Shown here: positions 31,930-42,938 of the stretch, piece by piece
Layout: each line of letters opens with the position of its first letter
Position numbering within the stretch: the first letter of the stretch is position 1
From: Epithemia pelagica
Lineage: Eukaryota; Protista; Bacillariophyta
Assembly (NCBI GenBank): GCA_946965045.2
Contig: OX337233.1
Location: forward strand, 1,488,001-1,552,000
DNA: 64,000 bases
Reading direction: 5' to 3'
Notes under the pieces: model-generated
Seen by the model: the letters and a program-made list of their open reading frames with translations, nothing else
Told to the model about the DNA's origin: nothing
The model's database searches: none
Program-made: the position numbers and the translations under genes

Positions 31930-34900
31930 CTTCCCTTCGGGGAAATGTCGGCGGTATCACCCATCCAAAACAACATAGGTTTGAGATGAGGCCAAACTTG
32001 TTGATATCCAAGGAACTTGGTAAGAACATCAAATGGATTCTCAGCTCCTGGAATGTGATATAACTTGAGCATCCCACTTGCGACGGCTTCACGGACTCGA
32101 TGGAAAGCTAGGGCGTTCCAACGTTTTGTCAGCTGTGATTCAGGCACTGTCGACTGGGTAATAATAGACTTGTTGTCTCCAAATGCATAGGTGTGGTAAT
32201 CTAGAGGGACTCCCAACATCCTAAGCGTGTATCAAAGATCCAGAACTTGATCAGTCATAGTACGTCCTGCTATGAACTCTGAAGTGAACGTCGCAGTGGC
32301 GACAGTACTTTGTTTCTTGGAGTACCAATCTACAGGCGTCTTGTTGACAAACATCAGCACGCCGGTCATTGCACGTCCTGTGATGAGGTCATGATATAGA
32401 TTTGCGTCAAAGAATGCAGAAATCCTAACCATCTTTCCTAACGGCGTCGGCATGTCTTGAGGAAGTTCTTCATCAATATTTCCATAAATGGAATTCAACC
32501 AATCATGTTCTTCTCCTTTAAGTTCACTATAATCAGGAATACCTGTCCTGACTCTTATAGCTCCATCTTGAAAATGCTTGACGTATCCATAGAGACGTTT
32601 CATGCGATCCATGTGTCCAATTCTTGGGGCAACACGGTATGAAGATAATGCGTTTACAGCAATTGCTACATCAAATTGGCCAAGTGTGACTAACCATTGT
32701 GTAGCACCAACCATTGACATGTACTTTGCTATGCCCTCTTCATCCAAGAAATCTGTTTCATCAAGTTCAGGATGATCACCACTTTGTAATGGGGATGATT
32801 GTTTCTTCAAGGTCTCCCCTGGAAACATCTTTTCATAAGTACTGACCATCTTCTGAATGTACTTCTTGGGCTTATAGTAGAGTGTGCCATCAGGATCTCT
32901 ACCAAAGTCACAGCCAAGGTGGAAACTGAGAGGCTCATCACCTTTGAGCTTATACTTGTGGACATTGACAAGTCTGTCAAGGTATTCTCTTGGGTTCTTC
33001 ATGATCAACAGTAGGTCATCTACATATACAGCAATGTATTCATAAACATTACCATTGCGTCTCATCCAAACGTCTGTGTTGGCGCGACATGGGGAGAATC
33101 CGTCACTACGCATTGTGTCGGCAAAGCGTTCATGATAACGTTTCCCAGATGTCTTAAGACCACAGAGTGCCTTGTTTATAACCATAGTGTACCCTTCAAG
33201 ACCAAATGCTCTAAATTCTGGACCAGCTTCAAAGTATACCTTTTCTTTTGTATACGCTTCGAGGTACGCATTCCCAACATCAGCTTGATAAGCCTGTAAG
33301 CCATTGAGCTCACCAATCAGGAGGATAAGTCTGATACTTCTGAGAGATACTACTCCAGAATACACACTTTCCCCAGGATCGTCTGTCAGGTGTCCACCTG
33401 CCACGAATCGTGACTTATGGCGACCATCATGTTTGACGGCAAAGACCATGCGGCATCTAATCTTGGTGAAATCAGCAGGCATGTAGACATTAGTTCCCTT
33501 GACTATAAAGGTCTGGTAATCCATTAACTGCTGTATCTCTAGTTTCATTGAATCAAGCCATTTAGTGTTGCCATTTTCTTCATCAAAACGAAGTGCTTCG
33601 GCTGGATTGCGCGGAATGCGAACACCATACATGTACTTGATCTTGTTATGATTATGTTTAGCTTTCTTGATAGATCGTTCCATTCGTTCTTCAGCTTCAA
33701 GAAGACGTTTGAATCTTTTCCATCCTGGAGCGGACAATAGCCCATTGTCTTTGGCATATGTGGCACATGCCAAAGGAGCATCCTTGCAGAAGATGTCAAG
33801 CGGTTCATGTGTGACTGAATCGTCTTCCCACTCAATAACAAGATTATACTTGGATCCTTTGTAGCTAGGATGTGTAGAGGATAGTGGGCCTTCATGCGAT
33901 TGGATTTGTTTCCAATTCCAGAATGTAAGATCTTCTGTATTACCTTCCTTGAGGTTGCTTTCTTGGGTAGATAGGGCGTCTATGAGCTCCTGATATCCCA
34001 TAATACGATCATGTTCTTTGTGGGGCACCTTAACTAGATATTTCTCTCTAGCTTCTTGTGTGTCGTTGTCTAGCTCTTGTATCTTGCTAACAACGGTAGC
34101 TTGGAATCTGCGACCGTCTTCAGTGGGGTCGGTAAGAAAGGTGCGACCAACGAGGTCTGTTTCATCCAAAGGCGAAAAAACTGGTGGTGGGGGACATCCA
34201 TCCGACTCAAAATCGCGGGAATGGACTATTTCTTGAATTGCCTTCTGAGAATTCTCCCCTTCGAATGGATCAAGCGGACGGTTACGCTCCGACTCGATGA
34301 GAGCAGACCGTACCGCGGAGCGATGTACGATACGTTGGGTATCATCGCTAAGGATTTGGAACGTCAAGGCGTCACCCACATTATCAGCAAAGCCTACCCA
34401 TCTCCCCTTACGTTCTTGTGGGGAAGGGAATTGGCCGGTTTCGGAGTAATAGACCGGTTCATAAAATAGAAAACACGTAGCGGCAGAAATGTCTGGCCGT
34501 TGTCCGGTTAACTTCTGGTGTGGGGATAGGTTATCAAGTGATTCGAGCGAACATATGTTGAGAACGGTCGCGACATAAGACAGACACAGAAACCACAAAT
34601 TGGTAGGGGCACCTGTAAAGGTAAGAACTCTATTGCACGTGTCCTTGAGGAATCCAATCGTGCGCTCAGCAAAATTTTGGTGCTGGTGGTGTGGTTTGCT
34701 CTGATAGTCAGAGATCTTGTACATACGTAGGATATCCTTGACCTTGTAACTGATTTGTGCCTTGGCATTATCGCTAATGAGCATATCCATTGCCCCGCGC
34801 CGGCGAATATTGTCCTCTAAGGTCTGGACAAATTTGCCATCGGTACGGACAGGATAGACATCGACGAATTTGGTCGTACGTCCAACAAAGACTTGGGCAC

Positions 34901-35887
34901 CTTTAGCTCCTCCATCTATAGCGGGGACTTCTGACCACATAGTATCGGTAGCAACTGGCTCATGACGTCGAGGGACGTTGAAGGCCGAGAACCATGACTT
35001 GAAATGCTTCCTGAATGGAATACGGTACATGTTGCGAAACCACTGAGTAGAGTTCTCTAGTGTTTTCTTGACGCGATCTAGGGGCAGCCATAGGAGATAG
35101 GGCCTTAGCTTCTCATAGTCATAGCTGTTGAGACGCCTATTCCTGGGATTGACTGTAGCATTTAGCTCGTCATCGGTATCCATAGGTTGACCGGGATGTG
35201 TTCTTGCCTGATAGGCCTCTAGGACACGAGCGACACAGTCCACATGTAGGTAGTGGCCGGTCTCGTTGTACCTAGGATCGAAGGAGTTGAACTCCTCTAG
35301 TTCTTCAGGGGACTCCATAGCTTCGTGATATACATCTTCTTCGACATTAATTTCATGATCTAAGACACCAGGTTCCCATAAGGCATCACTAGTCAACACT
35401 ACTGTAGGTAGCGTATCTAGTTCTTCATCCGTAGGAGGGTGCATAGGCATCCTAATTAATCCTTGCGGCATTGAAAAGGAATTACCCATTGGTCCACTGT
35501 AACCATGCGTTGCTGATGGCCAGGGATCATAGCCGACTTGTCGTCAACCGTATTGCCAAAATGGGACAGTTGTCCTGTAGAGTGCGCAGTACTCCCCTTT
35601 CCATAGTAGGCGTACTGATTCATGATGAGTACGATTGGTCCACGTGTTGTCTGAACGACACCTGCACACGTCACAATGGGAACGTCTTCCATATGGCTGT
35701 CGCCAATTCCCGTGATGTCAGCACTTCTATCCGTGTAACTCAGAACGCGTACGTCTTCACCAGCGAGTCCTCCATTCGCTCCGCCATCAATGAGCGAGCC
35801 AGGCAGAGTGGTAGATGCTGCGGCTTGCGTGCACCTGTAAGTAACACTTGCCATGTTGATGCTCCGTGTGGAGCCACTTCCCGACAC
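31920..35887 (-). pseudogene. pol: Copia pol (protease, integrase, RT, RNase H), disrupted
   Basis: Protease LIDGGAN; integrase ATDTM...ISDNA...QNFAE; RT QADVGNAYL, LCGLKTSG, YVDDLL; RNase H FDAN...SEFIA, GDNKS. Frameshift near 35470 and TGA in DL*YTLRMLG at 32234-32232. Confidence 0.9.
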
Positions 35888-36042
35888 GCGTTGGTAGATT
35901 GCGCCGGTACTGCTGATGACTCGCTCGCTGTTATCAGATCGAGCGTTGGATAAGAGATTATTAAGGAGTGTCTGGTTGCTGGCTTGACTTGGCGGGATCG
36001 CGAACTGGGTCGACGGACTTGGTGGTGTAGTTGTCGTGGTAG

Positions 36043-37438
36043 CTATGGTAGTTTCAGAGATAGATGCACTATCTTGTACAGCTGCCTGACGGCTTTGATT
36101 ACTAGACCGATTGCTTTTGTTAGAAGAAGCAATAGCCTTTCTTGCATTAGGAGGAAGTTGATCCCATAATGCCTTGGGTATCTTGCCTGAGTTTTCTTGT
36201 TCACTAGAGTTAGCCTGATATTGGGACTTGTTCTTAGTGATGATAGCCTGTCGAGCGTCGGGAGGTAGTTGACTCCAGATTTCTTTCGGGACTGAAATGC
36301 GATTTGGATTGGAATTCCCCCCTTACTGCCATGAGACGACCCCCCTTTGCCATGTCCCCCCTTGTTATGGGAACTAGAGCTAGAGGAAGTCTGATTGGCA
36401 GTATTAGCTTGACGACGAGGCTTGCCCGTGTGCCTAGAATCGATATTGAAGGCCGTAGAACGGAGCAGCGCAAGATAATTATCATAGGTAATCGGTGAAT
36501 TACCCTGAGCCTGGAAGATATTGTCCTGATGTTGGAGGCTAAAGAATTCCGGTTCATCACGGAGTGCCGTGCAAAGCATAGTTTTCCGAACAGCGTCCAA
36601 CAACGTTCCGACATGGTTGAAATAGGCGTAACGGGATCGCCGCTCGCAGACATTATGACCGCAAGAATTGGTTGGGCAAATAGACTTGGGTCTAATGGAT
36701 GAATCGTGTGAACCGGAGTCTTGGAAACTTGGTCTTGTAGCGCGAAATTTTAGTCCTAGATCTTGAAATTTGGTCGTGTTCGAATGTCTTGATTCTTGTT
36801 TGTGAATCTTGGTTAAGCTTGAAACTTGAATCCCACAAAAGCACGATAAGCGTGCGTAATATTTACTTAGTGGGTCTTGATGGTAGAACACGAGCTACCC
36901 CTACTTTTCACCTAATACTGACCTGGTCCCGTGACTTCAGTATCAGTAACAGACGTAGCAGATATGCACGAACAGGATTCTGCAGTCGCTGTTCGGCCAC
37001 ACTGGCGGATTCGGGCTTCTCTAAGGCAGTTCTTAGTAGTTCCCCAGGTCCAACGCAAATGCCAGGCAGGGACCTCTTGCACGTTCTTGATATCGTACTC
37101 GCTCAACGATTGGCGCTGAGACGGGGTGGCTGTATGACAGAGATAGGTTGGATGGTACTTTCAAGACCGCTTTCCCTCAAGCCCTAGATGTCAGTGACTC
37201 CCTGTGTCCCCGGACGTGTTCTTCGTTCTCCGTAGGATGCTCGTCGTCGTTCTCTGATGTTCTCGTAGTTCTCCCCAAATCTCCGTATGTCCGTCGATTG
37301 CTTGGTCGTGGTCGGATGTGGATGGTCGTGGTCGGATAGCTGCGGTCTCTCCGTCAGTCCGTTGTCTCCACTTGTACTTGGTCGTGGTCGGGTAGCTGCG
37401 GTCTCTCCGTCAGTCAGATGTCTCCACTTGTGTCCCAT
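36043..37438 (-). pseudogene. gag: Copia gag region, fragmented
   Basis: Gag-like remnant ...PITYDNYLALLRSTAFNID... followed by a Gly/Ser-rich segment. No continuous frame upstream. Confidence 0.6.
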
Positions 37439-37597
37439 AGGCTTGTCGTAGTAAGTCTCGCGTAGAATCAGTCGTCACCGTCGCGTCGTGTCGTATGGTA
37501 GTATAGGATGGATAAGAGGATGGATTAGAGATAGGTCCAACCTTCCAACTTGGAAAAGACAACTCCGCGGGTGATCAAGCCGATGAGATTGTTAATC

Positions 37598-38197
37598 TGA
37601 CAAGCTGGAAGAAAGGGAGGTTAGATAGGGTGTAACAAAACACACACGATAAAGACGGTATAGTTACGATAGAATAGAGGGTTTCGAATAGTTGATGATA
37701 AAATATTGTGATTACATGAAGTGATTATCTAGATTGGATCCTTTCGATCCCAGGTTCCCATTAAGGTGATCCTGGATCTTGGATCGAGGTGTAAAAGGCT
37801 TCTAGACGGAAAAGATCGCCGTCTAGGGTCATCGGCACAGGCCTATCTCACCTAGAGGTGCATATATAAGTTAGATGTAATAGTTCGCCGTAGACTGTCC
37901 GTTGCGGCTCTTTACGCGCGGTTGATAAGCCTCAATCCGCGATTAGCGCGATGCGGTTAAGTCCAGCGGATCTTGGAGAATATAAATAACATAGCCTATG
38001 AGACATAGGACTAGTTCGATCGTGGAGTATACATAAGTTAGGAGTGAATAGATCTTCGTGACTCAATCGTGCCTAATCTAGATTCGTACAGGAATCTAGG
38101 CTATATGCGATTGATCTGCCGCGTACTTTCCGCGACTCTTCATGACTATAGAACTACCTATTGGGGAATATAGCCAATATAGGTGTTCTAGGTATTA
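37598..38197 (-). repeat. 5' LTR (600 bp)
   Basis: Near-identical to 31330-31929 and followed on the + strand by the TSD TAAGA. Confidence 0.95.
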
Positions 38198-39690
38198 TAA
38201 GATGCATCTGTTCCACAAGGACTGGTCCACGTTTTTGTGAGGGATCGACGCTGACCACAGATGTCGATCCTCACCCGCGATCAGCTTGCGTATGTGAATG
38301 GCATTGCGTATATGGTTGTTGTGGCGCAATCCGAGGAGTTGAAAAATCTCAAACTCACGATTTCTCTCCAATTTTGATAGGTCAACATCGACCTCGATCC
38401 AGTTCGATGTATCGACGGGGGATTCGTTGGAGCTGCTGTCGTCCATTGTGGTGGGTGAAAAGAGAGGGGACCTGTTGGAGTGCTGTCGTCCTGGAGTTTG
38501 TTGGTTTCGCGGAGGAGTCCGTTGGTTTCGCGGAGGAGTCCGTTGGTTTCGTCGGGGAGGAGTGCGTTGGTATCCTTGTTGCCGACGATTTGGGGAGGCT
38601 TTTGTGGCGGGTGTTGGCTGAAACGATGGTGGTGCAAACGACAATCCACCAAACTGATCCGACAATTCACCAGCTTTGTCGTTGGAAGCGGAAACTTTGT
38701 GAGGCGGCCTGTGGATTCGGACAGACCCGTCTTTGGTGCTTTCGCTGGAGGCAGAGGATGATGATTCAACAATCTTCGTCGCCTCGGGGATGGATGGGTC
38801 AACGTCTCCCTCGCACTGCTTAAACGCGTCAATCTCTGCCCTGGTTGTCTCACTGACTTCGGAGACTTGGAGGCTCTGCAAGTGGACGAGGTAGTTCTTG
38901 ATGGGCAGAAGTTTGTACCAACTAAACTTCTTTGCAAGCTGCTCTCGTCACTTCTCGCCTTTGGTTCCGTAAAAGAAGGGGTTTTTCTCTGCAATCTCCA
39001 AGAAGCTGACCGACTGCCGTGGAAGCTTCGACCTTTCGATGTCACCAACAATCTGCTTCAACTCGTATTGAGCAAAGAGTGTTTGCCTTTTCTCTTTGGC
39101 TTTTTTCTCGTTCTCTTGCTGTTCCTCTTCGGTCTGCATTATGCTCTCGTCTTTCGTCTTGTGACAGCAGAAACAATCAACCAGCATGACCGAGCCTTGC
39201 TTGCAAGTCAGAGGCGCCAAACAACAAAGACGAGGATGCCTATCTAGTTGATAAGAACCATAGAGCAATGATTGCCTAAGTCTTCTTCTATTTAAACTCT
39301 TTCTTAGGAACATCGTGGTCAAGCCCTTGATGTGCATGCTACATTCGTTTCCGTGTAGGAGACCAAATGACAGGCGTGACCCCACAACAAGTCGAAAGAG
39401 TCTCGACATGCGTCAAATGATGGATGCTTGTATAAAGGGAATGCTGATTTGTGCCATGCATGCGAGGCAGGCTTCTGTCCATCCGTTTCCGCATGGTAGA
39501 ACGAAAACACAAAACCGAGTAACAAGCATCTCGACATGCTTCGAATAATTATTGCGTGTATCTACCTAGGTAGAATGCCGATTTGTGCCATGCACGTGAT
39601 CCCTGCGTCCGTTTCCGCATGGTTGAACGGACAAAACACAAGACTCATACATGTGACGGCCCCGGACGTCTCACAAAACAATCAAACACC

Positions 39691-40272
39691 ATGGCTCCAA
39701 GCAAGAACAACGGATGGATCAATTGGAGGTTCTGCAAGTCCAGGGACCTGGTGATCTTGGACCTGGTGGACGGGACGATGCCCATCGATGCAACAGCTTC
39801 TGCCGCATGGGACCATTACAAGAAGACAGCTGTTTTTATCAAGGAGAAAGTTGTTTGGAGCCAGTTCGAGCAACGCTACAAGGATCACGTCAAGCAGACT
39901 CCTAAGAGCAAGTCTCTCAGTGATCAACCGATGGAGGCTCTACTGTTCGACAGGACCTACTACCCTCGACAGACGAAGAATGACCGTGGAGAGTTGACTT
40001 TTGATCTCTCGGAAGCCAAGATGGAGTTGCGTGCTGATGTTGCGGACGGAAAGCATCTCAAGACTACACTGCTTGAGCTACAACGCACGCGACAATCCTA
40101 CAAACAGTTTTCGTCCAAAAAGTTCAAGGAGCATATCTACCAGAAGCAGCGCCGCAAAAAGTTTGTTGCTGTTTTGGAACTCAAACGAGTCAACGAAAAG
40201 AAGAAGAAAGAGCAGCTACGAGGAATCAATGAGGTCCCAGTGCCGGAGGATCAGGAAAACCAGCAGAACTAG
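39691..40272 (+). CDS. Transposon-borne basic helical protein (possible DNA-binding partner of the transposase)
   Basis: ATG ORF MAPSKNNGWINW... with two similar modules (W..CKSRDLVILDLVDG / FDLSEAKMELRADVADG; F..RYK / FKEHIYQ), next to the right subterminal array. Confidence 0.6.
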   Translation: MAPSKNNGWINWRFCKSRDLVILDLVDGTMPIDATASAAWDHYKKTAVFIKEKVVWSQFEQRYKDHVKQTPKSKSLSDQPMEALLFDRTYYPRQTKNDRGELTFDLSEAKMELRADVADGKHLKTTLLELQRTRQSYKQFSSKKFKEHIYQKQRRKKFVAVLELKRVNEKKKKEQLRGINEVPVPEDQENQQN

Positions 40273-40324
40273 TAACTACTTTCTATAGTCCTTCATTCAC
40301 CCATTTAAGACTCTCATTTTTGTT

Positions 40325-40550
40325 GTTTTCACATCGTCTTCACATTTCACATCGTCTTCACATCTTCTTCACATCTTCTTCACATCTTCTTCACATCTTC
40401 TTCACATCTTCTTCACATCGTTGATGTGAATTTTCACATATTCATGTGAATTTTCACATGAAGTGTGAATATTCCTATCGCCACTGTTTTCTTCACATCA
40501 CAGATGCGAAATTTCAAATCGTCGATGTGAAATTTCACATGAAGTTTCCC
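40325..40550. repeat. Right subterminal array of the Harbinger-like element
   Basis: About six tandem CACATCTTCTT units followed by three ATGTGAAWWTTCACAT palindromes. Confidence 0.9.
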
Positions 40551-41120
40551 TTAAGTAAAATCACACGCCGTCCGGTTAGGTTACTTAGATACGAGAGAAG
40601 GCATGCGTGATAACACATAGAATACTTAGATGAGGAGTACAGTACTACCAATTTTCTAAAATGTCAACCTACAGTCCTCTGTGAAGATTTTCCGGGTGTC
40701 CCCGTATTACAGATTACAGCGTCACTGTATTGGTCATTTCCTAGAATGGCCCGCATGAACTGTGCCCCTCACAATGCACTGCCATGGTAGCGATATGAAG
40801 CATGTGATGGTCGGATCATGATGGGGTGGCCATAGGAGGTCACCAGCAACGACAAAGTTTGATTGTCGTGTTGTTATCGCGGTGGAAGGAATGAGATAGG
40901 CCGGCCGACTGGAGCCAGGAAAAAGGTATGGGGGTGGTTCACAGAAACTACAACCTCAAAACCACCCCCGCTAGGGGGTAATACGTCTTGTATTGCGGTG
41001 AGTCGATCTCCATCGTTTTGCAGCACGAGAACGTCTGTCCATCGTCACAAAGCACAGGTTTTTGCAAAGCGAGCTCCCGGCATATCGACTTGTTCTTGTT
41101 CCCCCTCTTCTCAGTATAAG

Positions 41121-42563
41121 ATGGAGATTAGCGTATCTCAAGAGTACGCGTTTGTGCCTCAAGATAAGAATGAATCATTCGACGACGTCGGGTTTGGTCC
41201 TTTTGTGGTCCAACGGAAGCATCTGATCGACGAAATCATTGACTATGCCACACCAAAAAAATCGGTTCACATCAACGGATGCAGGGGATCCGGGAAGACC
41301 ACTGTGCTCAACCAGATCGGGCTAAATTTGATTGGTCAGAACAAGACAGTATTCTTGTTCGAGAGCGCTACTGCACTCAGTAGAGAATCCGTGATTCGAT
41401 GGGTGAAATCGCTGATTCTTGCCAGAGAAGAGGTTTGGCTTTTGATTGACGAGACCCAGAACAATGTGGAAGCAGAGCTGTTTACTTTGCTGTTAAAGAA
41501 CACGAAAGGCCACAAAATCACTACAATCGGAGCCGGTGTACCGGAGTACCAGTCTATGAGTCAGAGGTTCAAGAAAAGGATTGACACCGATCAATTGTTC
41601 TTGACGTCTAACCAAATGCTTGTTGATGAAGGAGTCGTTCAATACTTCAAGAGTATTGCATCGGGAATCAATGGAGCTGCAGACACCGACCAAGTCGACC
41701 TCCTAATTGAGCATTTACGCAACTATGTAGGTGGGCACGTGTATCCGCTTATGTGGTTGTCTGAGAAACTCGTGCCAATGCTCGCTGCCAAAAGTTATTC
41801 AGCCGATGAAGTCATCAACTACCTCGGTTCCTCTTCGTTTCGTCAGCAAGAAGACTTCGCTGCGATGGTGGACCGAATCCTTCCTACAGTTGCAGAAACA
41901 GACATACGTCCTCTTTTGTACAAAGTTCCGGATCCCAACGCCCTCTATGATCTCCGGCGCAAGGGCTTTTGCGACAAAGAAAACAAAATCATATCACAGT
42001 TGCTGTTTCAGGAGTTCATTGCGAAACTGTCTCCAAATGCAACGCTTCCGAGTCGACTGGTGGCTGGTGTCGATGGCATCCGCCAACTGCTACAATTTGC
42101 TTTGCCACACCTTGATTGGACGCGGTACATGGCATTTGGAGGTCCTGTTGAAGATGCGTTGACGCTTGAGTTGTTGATCATTCTTGCTGGAGTTTCCCAC
42201 CTTACGACTCGCCTATTTAACCCCAAGCTTATCAATGCCGGCACTGCATCAAGGAAGCCAGATCTTTATTTCAACACCTCAGTTGACTCTTTTGTTGAGT
42301 GTGTCCTTACGACAGCAAACAACGCGACTGAAGTTGCCAAACTCGATGAACACATTGCTCGGTTCTATGCCACGACTCCAGGAGGCACTGAATATTACCA
42401 GATTGGGCACTCAAATTTTGCTATCCTGAACTACCAACAATACGGAGACCAGCCTATGCTTCCTGGCACTCGTTTTCGAGGGCACGTGTTTGACACAAGA
42501 GTCTTCACTTTCCTTATGGGCACAAAGGAGGTCTTTCTGGGAAGTGCACGCATCGGTCCATAA
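41121..42563 (+). CDS. Crinkler-like AAA/P-loop NTPase with PD-(D/E)xK-like C-terminal domain (CR2)
   Basis: Walker A HINGCRGSGKTT, Walker B WLLIDE, YVGGHVY, and C-terminal EDAL...RKPDLYFN...FVECV. Intronless. Likely ATG at 41121. Confidence 0.7.
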   Translation: MEISVSQEYAFVPQDKNESFDDVGFGPFVVQRKHLIDEIIDYATPKKSVHINGCRGSGKTTVLNQIGLNLIGQNKTVFLFESATALSRESVIRWVKSLILAREEVWLLIDETQNNVEAELFTLLLKNTKGHKITTIGAGVPEYQSMSQRFKKRIDTDQLFLTSNQMLVDEGVVQYFKSIASGINGAADTDQVDLLIEHLRNYVGGHVYPLMWLSEKLVPMLAAKSYSADEVINYLGSSSFRQQEDFAAMVDRILPTVAETDIRPLLYKVPDPNALYDLRRKGFCDKENKIISQLLFQEFIAKLSPNATLPSRLVAGVDGIRQLLQFALPHLDWTRYMAFGGPVEDALTLELLIILAGVSHLTTRLFNPKLINAGTASRKPDLYFNTSVDSFVECVLTTANNATEVAKLDEHIARFYATTPGGTEYYQIGHSNFAILNYQQYGDQPMLPGTRFRGHVFDTRVFTFLMGTKEVFLGSARIGP

Positions 42564-42938
42564 AAAAGCGTGGGCAGAATGACCAGATGCACCCGCGTCC
42601 GATCGTTTTGTGTATTCGTAGTAGCAACAAAAGGCTAATTAGAGTCTTCGGCGCAGAGCGCCTTGGAAGACTGTTTTACATGGCTTTGTCCGCGTTGGCC
42701 ACGGTTGGAAGAAAAAGCAACCAAAAAACTACTGGGGGCAGGGCCTGCAGTCCTTTCTTGATTCGGTAGGTCAGGGACACCTTCGAAATTTGTAGCCAAG
42801 GAACAATTTTGTTGTTGACCCTAATAGGCAACAATGCCTTTTGACGGTAAGTTCAATTGGTGAAGTTGACGACCACCTATGTACTAGGGGCATCGGTTTT
42901 ATGATAGGTAACCTAGCAAAACGAATCCGCAAATTACG

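Larger units (their letters stand above)
31330..38197 (-). mobile_element. Ty1/Copia LTR retrotransposon (CoDi-like), full length but defective
   Basis: 600-bp LTRs, 5-bp TSD TAAGA, gag-PR-IN-RT-RH order, and purine tract GAAGGGAAG abutting the 3' LTR. Confidence 0.95.
30854..39187 (-). pseudogene. Transposon cargo ORF (about 486 aa reconstructed), split by the Copia insertion and carrying one premature stop
   Basis: ORF pieces 38948-39409, 38195-38881 and 30854-31375 share one frame. Removing the Copia plus one TSD (6873 bp) gives ...WNRCIL-LTGPSQDH... in frame. TGA at 38950-38948 in GEK*REQL. Confidence 0.75.
28377..40550. mobile_element. PIF/Harbinger-related DNA transposon, multi-ORF (about 5.3 kb without the nested Copia)
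   Basis: TTAA|GGG...CCC|TTAA ends. Imperfect TIRs share CATGTGAAAWTTCACATC. TCACAT-rich subterminal arrays at both ends. Internal DDE_Tnp_4-type transposase. Confidence 0.7.

Noticed and set aside
37328-37414. About 35-bp direct repeat in the Copia leader/gag start
   Set aside because: Ordinary internal repeat of a retroelement 5' region with no further signal.
37570-37600. AGA-TTGTTAA-TCT next to the 5' LTR resembling a tRNA-Asn anticodon arm (half-tRNA priming)
   Set aside because: Only a 3-bp stem that overlaps the LTR edge. It cannot be supported without the species' tRNA sequences.
28400-40420. Short tandem repeats (11-bp CACATC units, 21-bp unit near 38500) as a possible CRISPR array
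   Set aside because: No unique spacers, eukaryotic context and no cas genes. They are transposon subterminal and coding repeats.
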